DNA of 21,172 nucleotides, from the NCBI GenBank assembly GCA_030587475.2, contig JAUQYZ020000043.1, positions 1-21,172 on the forward strand. Direction: 5' to 3'. The DNA is from Candidatus Sigynarchaeum calidifontis (GTDB lineage: Archaea > Asgardarchaeota > Lokiarchaeia > Sigyniarchaeales > Sigyniarchaeaceae). The notes under the pieces are model-generated. The model was given only the letters and a program-made list of their open reading frames with translations, did not search any database and was not told the DNA's origin. Positions 15,615-21,172 of the stretch are shown in pieces; the first letter of the stretch is position 1, and each line of letters begins with the position of its first letter. The translations under genes and the position numbers were made by a program.

Positions 15615-16925
15615 TCAAGAAGGGTGCAACGATACTACTACAACGTCCCCAGCTTCATAGCCTTCGATGTCGGGGGGTATCTCGACGAAACCATCGGATT
15701 CCACCATCGAGCGCTGCATTCCCGCGCCCGATAGCTTGACGGGAATGGCCCTGGGTAGTTCGTTTCTAGCAGGCTCACGATCATCAACCTTAACCCGCAA
15801 GAGCCTCGTGATCCCGAAACCCTTGACGGCGACCGCGTCAGTAAGCCTCGCACGTACACGCACACGGGGATCTAGCACGGTTTCTCCGGCAAGCTTGCGG
15901 ATCGCGGGCATCCCGAAGTAGAGCATCCCGATCTCCGCTGCTACCGGGAATCCGGACAAGCCGAGAATCGGCTTTCCACTCCCGGTACCGAGTAGCGTCG
16001 CCGCGCCGGGCTTCATCGCTATACCATGATATAGGATCTCGTGATGCTTTCCCACGACTAACGGGATAAAGTCCCTATCCCCCACGGAGGTTCCGCCAGT
16101 GGTGATGACCATGTCGCAAGATTTTAACGCGCTAGTTATCGCGTCCGAGATCGTGCGCTCGTCGTCGGCTAGCATCTTTGCTCTTACCACGATCCCGCCG
16201 GCGATAGCAACGAATGCGCCGATCGCGTGACGATTCGAATCAATCATTTTACACCGCCCGGCAGTGCGGGGATCTACGAGGTTGCCCGCGTCATTATTCA
16301 ATCCGTTAATCTCCACGAGCTCGTTCCCGGTTATAAAGACGGCCACGGCGGGACGTGTGATGACCCTGATCCGGGCCATGCCCAGCGTGGCGAGAACGCC
16401 GATGTCTTGCGGTCGAATTTTCCTCCCTGCAGGGAAAACAAGTTGCCCTTCCTTGTAATCCTCGCCGGATTGAATTATATTTCCACCCGGTGCAACTTGT
16501 TTATATAGCCGAATGGTGGTTCCATCGACATCTGGTTCCGTGTCTTCGATCTTAACGACAGCATCAGCGCCGCGCGGGATCATCGCGCCGGTCGAGATTT
16601 TTAACGCTGTACCCGAGGAGACAGAAGCATCAGGCTCTTCACCAATGACCACGCTGCCCACTAAGCGTAGCACGCATGGGTTTTGAACGCTTGCACCAAA
16701 CGAATCCATGGCCTGTATCGCATATCCGTCCATTGCTGACTTGCTAAAAAACGGCACTGACCAACGCGCGAAAACCGGTTCCGCGAGCACCCGGCCGAGC
16801 GAGTCATCGAGGGAGATCACCTCGGTCGCGCCAGTGGATCGCACGCGGGCAAGGAACCCGGCCATTGCGTCGGTCATGCTTGCTAGGCTGGGAAACCCGG
16901 TCTTTTTCAACTTGATCACGTGCAA
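15615..16925 (-). CDS. moeA: Molybdopterin molybdenum/tungsten transferase, paralog 1
   Basis: GRVLAE, SAMDGYA, TGAMIPRGADAVVKIEDT, TGNEL, DSN, TGGTSVGDRD, MKPG and GLSGFP. Start at TTG 16925 (7 nt after GGAGTGA) or GTG 16919; the track's 17093 start overlaps moaB. Confidence 0.95.
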   Translation of the reverse strand: MHVIKLKKTGFPSLASMTDAMAGFLARVRSTGATEVISLDDSLGRVLAEPVFARWSVPFFSKSAMDGYAIQAMDSFGASVQNPCVLRLVGSVVIGEEPDASVSSGTALKISTGAMIPRGADAVVKIEDTEPDVDGTTIRLYKQVAPGGNIIQSGEDYKEGQLVFPAGRKIRPQDIGVLATLGMARIRVITRPAVAVFITGNELVEINGLNNDAGNLVDPRTAGRCKMIDSNRHAIGAFVAIAGGIVVRAKMLADDERTISDAITSALKSCDMVITTGGTSVGDRDFIPLVVGKHHEILYHGIAMKPGAATLLGTGSGKPILGLSGFPVAAEIGMLYFGMPAIRKLAGETVLDPRVRVRARLTDAVAVKGFGITRLLRVKVDDREPARNELPRAIPVKLSGAGMQRSMVESDGFVEIPPDIEGYEAGDVVVVSLHPS

Positions 16926-16932
16926 GTCGGTT

Positions 16933-17481
16933 TCACTCCTTTTTTCGCAGCATGGCAAGCAAATGAGATATCTCGGGGATGATGATCTTTTCAAGTCCAA
17001 GCTTGACTGCTTTCGGGGAGCCAGGCAAGCAGAACACCGGCTTTTGATTGATGATGAATGCCTCGGCGCGGCTGAGCATTGCGGATGTTCCAACGTCTTG
17101 ATAACTCAAGGCACGGAAGAGTTCTCCAAATCCCTGAAGATGCTTGAGCTTCATGCCTGCGAGCACGTCGACCGTTATATCACGAGGGGAGATACCGGTT
17201 CCACCACAAGTTACCAAGACGTCGATATCAGTGCTTGTCGCGAAGCTCTTTACGAGATCCTGGATCATCCCGGCATCGTCTGCCACGAAGTCCGTCCTCG
17301 CAAGCTCGTGGCCATGTTGCTTCAACAAAGGACCAGCCATGTCGATGGTCTTGTCGGTTGATGGGAGTGCCTTGATCCGCTCTTCATATCTCGTTGTACT
17401 TACGATCACTATCCAAAATCGCAGGTGATCGGGGTTCGCTTGCTTGTGCTGCTTGATGGTATCGGGTAAATGACTCGTGAT
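16933..17481 (-). CDS. moaB: Molybdopterin adenylyltransferase (MoaB/MogA family)
   Basis: VSTTR, D.AGP, V.DD, TCGGTGISPRDITVD, GFGELFR.LS, AMLSRA and LPGSP.AV. The conserved N-terminus (HKQANPDHLRFWIVIVS) lies upstream of the first canonical start (GTG 17409), so the start is tentatively placed at ATC 17481. Confidence 0.9.
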   Translation of the reverse strand: MTSHLPDTIKQHKQANPDHLRFWIVIVSTTRYEERIKALPSTDKTIDMAGPLLKQHGHELARTDFVADDAGMIQDLVKSFATSTDIDVLVTCGGTGISPRDITVDVLAGMKLKHLQGFGELFRALSYQDVGTSAMLSRAEAFIINQKPVFCLPGSPKAVKLGLEKIIIPEISHLLAMLRKKE

Positions 17482-17490
17482 CGATCTCCC

Positions 17491-17982
17491 TCATTCGAGC
17501 GTTTTGGCTGAATGCGCCTTGATCTTTTTCACCACGCGCACGTTCTGGATGGCTGTTGACGGATATTGACCGTCTGCATCCTTCTCGTACATCTTGGTCA
17601 TATCCCAGACGTTGAGCAGCGCCGCGGTCGTCGCAGCCAGTGCTTCCATCTCCACGCCGGTACGCTCCCGCGCCTCGACCTCGCTCTTGACCAACACGCG
17701 ATCATCCAGCACCGAAATCTCAACCTCTACCTTCGTCAATCGCAATGGATGGCACAAGGGTAGCATGTCGGGAACCTTCTTCGCAGCCATGATGCCAACA
17801 AGTTTCGATGCAGCAACGACATTGCCTTTCTCGAGCGTACCTTGCCGGATCATTTCGATCGTAGCTTTTTGAAGCAATATCTCGCCGGAAGCGATAGCCA
17901 CCCGTTCAACAACGGGTTTTTCGCCCACGTCTATCATCTTGATGTCGGCCGGTTTCCCGCCGTGCTTCGGTGCTCGTGCCAT
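17491..17982 (-). CDS. moaC: Cyclic pyranopterin monophosphate synthase
   Basis: MIDVGEK, R.A.ASG, KGNV, GIMAAKK, LPLCHP, TGVEMEAL and archaeal-type WDMTKMYEKD..GQYP.T.I. Confidence 0.97.
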   Translation of the reverse strand: MARAPKHGGKPADIKMIDVGEKPVVERVAIASGEILLQKATIEMIRQGTLEKGNVVAASKLVGIMAAKKVPDMLPLCHPLRLTKVEVEISVLDDRVLVKSEVEARERTGVEMEALAATTAALLNVWDMTKMYEKDADGQYPSTAIQNVRVVKKIKAHSAKTLE

Positions 17983-18066
17983 CTGCGATATTCCTTCTAT
18001 TGATGAGAAAAAACACCCCTCGAGGAATTTGATTCTTGCGATGTGAATGATTGTCTATAACGATGA

Positions 18067-19347
18067 TCACGGATAGGGATTCCCCGGACATCCCCATGAA
18101 AACAAGATCACGTCGACATGCGTTCCCTTTTCCACAATCTCGACGTTCTCGGGTATTTCAAAATATCCATCCGCATCAACGAGAGTCGTTACGGTTTCCG
18201 AGCCTTTTGTAACTGGTTTCGCTTCCCACGTACCATCCGGTCCCCGCTCGAGCACGACAGGCTTGAGTTCGAGGCGCCCGAACTCGGAGTACACGCGCTC
18301 GGTGAGGCACGCTTGGACAACGACGCGCTGTTCCGGTGGCTGGTGGTTCCACCGTCGCAAAGCAGGCAGCACGAATCGAACCATCGTCATCGCCGCGGAT
18401 ACGGGGTTCCCGGGCAAGACGAATACAGGCTTGTTTTTCACGAGGGCCATGATGATTGGTTTGCCTGGCTTGACACGAACGCCGTGCACTTGCAAGGTCG
18501 TCGCCGGGTGCTGCCCGATGAGAGACGGCATCAGGTCGCCCCGGCCCTTCGACGTGCCACCGGAACAGATGACCACGTCACTCTGCTCGAGGATGGCCTC
18601 GAATGCCGGCCCCAAGGTAACCATCTCGTCAAGAAAGATCCCGTGAAACGCGACGCTGCACCCGGTCGATTCCAACATGGCCGCCAGCATGACCGTGTTC
18701 ACGTCGTAGATCTTTCCCGCCGCCAGGGGCTTGCCCGGCTCCACGATCTCGTTACCCGTGCTAAACAAGCCGACCCGTAGCTTCTTGAACACACATGCCG
18801 AGGTGAAGCCTGCCGCGGCGAGGGCTCCCGCCCTTGCCGGTGTAATAAAAGTTCCCTTTTTGAACAGCAAACTGCCTTTCCGGATATCCGCCCCGGGGAC
18901 AACAATGCCGTCACCGGGGACAACTGCTTGGAGAACTTGTACCGCCTCACCATCCTTACCCAGGGCCTTTGTATACTCGATCTTGACCACGCTATCAGCA
19001 CCGTCTGGGATATAGCCACCAGTCGGCACGTACATGCACTCGGCCTCACCAGTTATAGGACGTGGGGGCGCGTGGCCCATCTCGACTGCACCGATGACAC
19101 GGCACGAGACAGGTCGCCCCTCGTTTGCTCCAAATGTCGACCGCGCTTTCAAGGCGTAGCCATCCACGCTCGATTTCGGGAACGATGGGACGTCGATGGC
19201 ACAAGACACGTCATCAGCGAGAGCACGTCCAGCGATGCCGGCGAGCGGGACTTGCTCTTTTCCCGGCTCGGCAAGGTCGATGGCATCTAGGATGCTCGTG
19301 AACTCGGTAATGCTGATTGCTTTGAGGAAACGGCTCTTGCTGATCAT
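18067..19347 (-). CDS. moeA: Molybdopterin molybdenum/tungsten transferase, paralog 2
   Basis: GRALA, DVPSF.KS.VDGYA, TGGYIPDGADSVVKIE, STGNEI, YDVN, SGGTSKG.GD, VKPGKP, LPGNPVSA and ADG. No C-terminal periplasmic-binding extension. Confidence 0.95.
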   Translation of the reverse strand: MISKSRFLKAISITEFTSILDAIDLAEPGKEQVPLAGIAGRALADDVSCAIDVPSFPKSSVDGYALKARSTFGANEGRPVSCRVIGAVEMGHAPPRPITGEAECMYVPTGGYIPDGADSVVKIEYTKALGKDGEAVQVLQAVVPGDGIVVPGADIRKGSLLFKKGTFITPARAGALAAAGFTSACVFKKLRVGLFSTGNEIVEPGKPLAAGKIYDVNTVMLAAMLESTGCSVAFHGIFLDEMVTLGPAFEAILEQSDVVICSGGTSKGRGDLMPSLIGQHPATTLQVHGVRVKPGKPIIMALVKNKPVFVLPGNPVSAAMTMVRFVLPALRRWNHQPPEQRVVVQACLTERVYSEFGRLELKPVVLERGPDGTWEAKPVTKGSETVTTLVDADGYFEIPENVEIVEKGTHVDVILFSWGCPGNPYP

Positions 19348-19449
19348 GATCACGGTACCGCGGCATCTTCAGGGATCAAAGGGCACGCGCGCTGTTAAAC
19401 GTTACCCGGGGTAAAAAACGATGATGGACAAAAGAATTGAAAAGTTCGG

Positions 19450-20832
19450 TTATTTCTTGAGCATGTCGTTGATCTCGATATTCCCCGCTGGTGAAAATTT
19501 CGAGATCGAATCCTTGAGCGGCGGGTTATGGAAGAAATTCTCGCCCGTGTAGTTTATAAGAGTTCGTTCTTGAAACTCGTCCTTGCGCTCGAACTTTATT
19601 TGCACGATCCTCGGGTCGATCTTGGCGTTTACAAGTTCTTGGAACAGATGAGTTTTGAGCTTGTTGAACTGCGATTCCTGGAATAGCAGGAGTATATATG
19701 CCATTAAAACTGTCCCAATGACAGGAAAGCCGAAGATGAATATGCTAAACATCGTCGCACAAAGACCGGCGAAAAAGCCAGGTGAAAAGTTATCGACCGC
19801 GGTGAATATCTCCCCCACGACAAATCGATTGGTGTAGATGAAAGTTACATAAGTGATCAAGGCACTCGTGCCCAACACGGCTTGAATTAACGAGGAAAAC
19901 CATTGGCTTACGCTGCGCAATTCAGCAGGCTGGCGCCGCTCCGTGTATTTTTTATAATAGACCAATCCGGCATCATCGAGAAGGTATGTTGATGGCAACA
20001 CCCAGAAGAAAATTACGAAGGTCGCGACGACGGGAATGACCGTATGGAAGATCAAAGATGAACAATACAACACGAAACCAGGACTATCAATCACGGTAAG
20101 AGGTGGACGGTATTGGAGCTCGTATCCAAGGCCACGCGGAAAAAACCCACCTATTTCTGTCATCAAGGGATGCCACACCGAGAACACGATGGTGAGGCTA
20201 TAAATCAAGGCAGTGAACGCGCGCTTTAACGTGATAGTGAAGGAATGATCTTGTGGCGTTTGTAATACCATTATCTCGCAGGCTTTTGTCTTTGTCGTCC
20301 AATTGACGGCCTTGAAGACGCGGATGATGAGCTTCACCGCCAGACCGGGAGCGGTCTTGTACCACAAGGCCATGATGAACGGCATCGAAGCGAAGTAAAC
20401 GACCAAGGCGATGATGACGACGCCGAGCATCTTGCCTTGATCATTTTGACTGACAATTGTAAATGGAAAACTGGAATTGAGCCAGAAAAAAAACCACAAG
20501 CCAAAAAGCACCAGCCCCAAGAAGATCAGCATGAAAACAATGCTTCCGATGGCGTTTTCCACCCCTATCCGTTTTTTTTCTTGCTCGCTTGTCTTTGCTT
20601 TATTATACTTGATCGCGAGAGCAAGATATAGCAAGAAGGTGCTTGCCGCGCAAGCGAGCATTATCGGAAAAGAAGATATTAACCTTTTCCCAGTAAAAGC
20701 AATCGCAAGAATAGCAAAAATGACGAATAATCCAAAGGCAAGAAGCACCCTGACGATTGGCACGCGCCCTTTTATTGCTTCTTTTGCAGCTTTGCGTTGC
20801 TGCATCAATTCTTTCATGGATGGCATGGACAT
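19450..20832 (-). CDS. Uncharacterised polytopic membrane protein (~8 TM)
   Basis: Long ORF with ~8 hydrophobic segments, a 'PSTYLLDDAGLVY' loop and a soluble C-tail. Start placed at MSMPSMKE (20832). Confidence 0.75.
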   Translation of the reverse strand: MSMPSMKELMQQRKAAKEAIKGRVPIVRVLLAFGLFVIFAILAIAFTGKRLISSFPIMLACAASTFLLYLALAIKYNKAKTSEQEKKRIGVENAIGSIVFMLIFLGLVLFGLWFFFWLNSSFPFTIVSQNDQGKMLGVVIIALVVYFASMPFIMALWYKTAPGLAVKLIIRVFKAVNWTTKTKACEIMVLQTPQDHSFTITLKRAFTALIYSLTIVFSVWHPLMTEIGGFFPRGLGYELQYRPPLTVIDSPGFVLYCSSLIFHTVIPVVATFVIFFWVLPSTYLLDDAGLVYYKKYTERRQPAELRSVSQWFSSLIQAVLGTSALITYVTFIYTNRFVVGEIFTAVDNFSPGFFAGLCATMFSIFIFGFPVIGTVLMAYILLLFQESQFNKLKTHLFQELVNAKIDPRIVQIKFERKDEFQERTLINYTGENFFHNPPLKDSISKFSPAGNIEINDMLKK

Positions 20833-20941
20833 CACGTCGATAATTGAGATTGAGCAACAAATACAATCTTGGTTATATATATCTATTTTCGAAATCGCGC
20901 TTGAAAAAAGGGTTGAACTGCAATAGTGCAAATAATAACAA

Positions 20942-21172
20942 TCAAGGCTTGAACCAGCGGAAGACGTAATACGTGATCGTGGGCAATGTCATTTCTCCCG
21001 ACGAGATGCTCGCAATGACGAAACGTTTTTTAACGCTCGTCGCGAGCCGGCCCGCCTTGACCATGTCCATTGACGAGATGCGGTTTTCGTGGTGGGGCCC
21101 GAGGACAACAAACCCAGACTGGGCAAGGCCCGGGCCGGGGCGATAAAAACTAAAAAAAACACAGAAAGTTAG
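20942..21172 (-). CDS. endA: tRNA-intron lyase (tRNA splicing endonuclease), 3' end only; runs off the window and is not in the ORF track
   Basis: Manual translation from 21172: LTFCVFFSFYRPGPGLAQSGFVVLGPHHENRISSMDMVKAGRLATSVKKRFVIASISSGEMTLPTITYYVFRWFKP*. This matches the EndA C-terminus (Y..GPG..H, GRLA.SV(R/K)K, i.YY.f.w.kP). Confidence 0.85.
   Translation of the reverse strand, partial: LTFCVFFSFYRPGPGLAQSGFVVLGPHHENRISSMDMVKAGRLATSVKKRFVIASISSGEMTLPTITYYVFRWFKP

Noticed and set aside
16926-17093. Long N-terminal extension of moeA in the ORF track (also those of uxaC at 9665, the methyltransferase at 4972, moaE at 14320 and the membrane protein at 20931)
   Set aside because: These extensions overlap upstream genes or promoters and lack family similarity; downstream starts fit RBS/TATA spacing or family N-termini better.
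17491-17493. Selenocysteine decoding of the moaC UGA
   Set aside because: The codon falls in an inter-domain linker rather than at a Cys-equivalent catalytic site, and I could not recognise a SECIS-like hairpin. Generic readthrough remains possible.
1-21172. tRNA, rRNA, transposase or integrase genes
   Set aside because: None recognised by eye; a tRNAscan-SE/Infernal run would be needed to exclude small RNAs.

Overview
This looks like archaeal chromosomal DNA, most likely from an Asgard archaeon of the Lokiarchaeia/Sigynarchaeia type. That assignment is inferred from two stand-alone longin/uDENN-like genes, a PCI-like protein, archaeal-type MoaA/MoaB/EndA, TATA boxes about 25 nt before starts, and GGTGA ribosome-binding sites. 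Layout: (1) 1-2.8 kb is a GC-rich, partly decayed accessory segment with HTH genes, short phased repeats, an intact queD and a frameshifted TGT/DpdA-family (7-deazaguanine transglycosylase) remnant. (2) 2.8-13.7 kb holds an SCP2 protein, a SAM methyltransferase, a PCI-like protein, a membrane-anchored GH18-like protein, a uDENN/longin protein, uxaC, an HGSNAT/NagX-like acetyltransferase, a second longin protein, an EamA transporter, and a coiled-coil + Pro/Gly-rich + C-terminal 'RDEMLSELNRLKKI' protein that resembles a WH2-type actin regulator or an ESCRT MIM scaffold. (3) 13.8-19.35 kb is a molybdopterin biosynthesis operon (moeA-moaC-moaB-moeA-moaA-moaD-moaE). Its moaB has no canonical start codon for its conserved N-terminus and is in frame with the moaC UGA. 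(4) The right end has a polytopic membrane protein and the 3' end of the tRNA splicing endonuclease endA, which the ORF track missed. All assignments come from motif recognition by eye; no searches were run.
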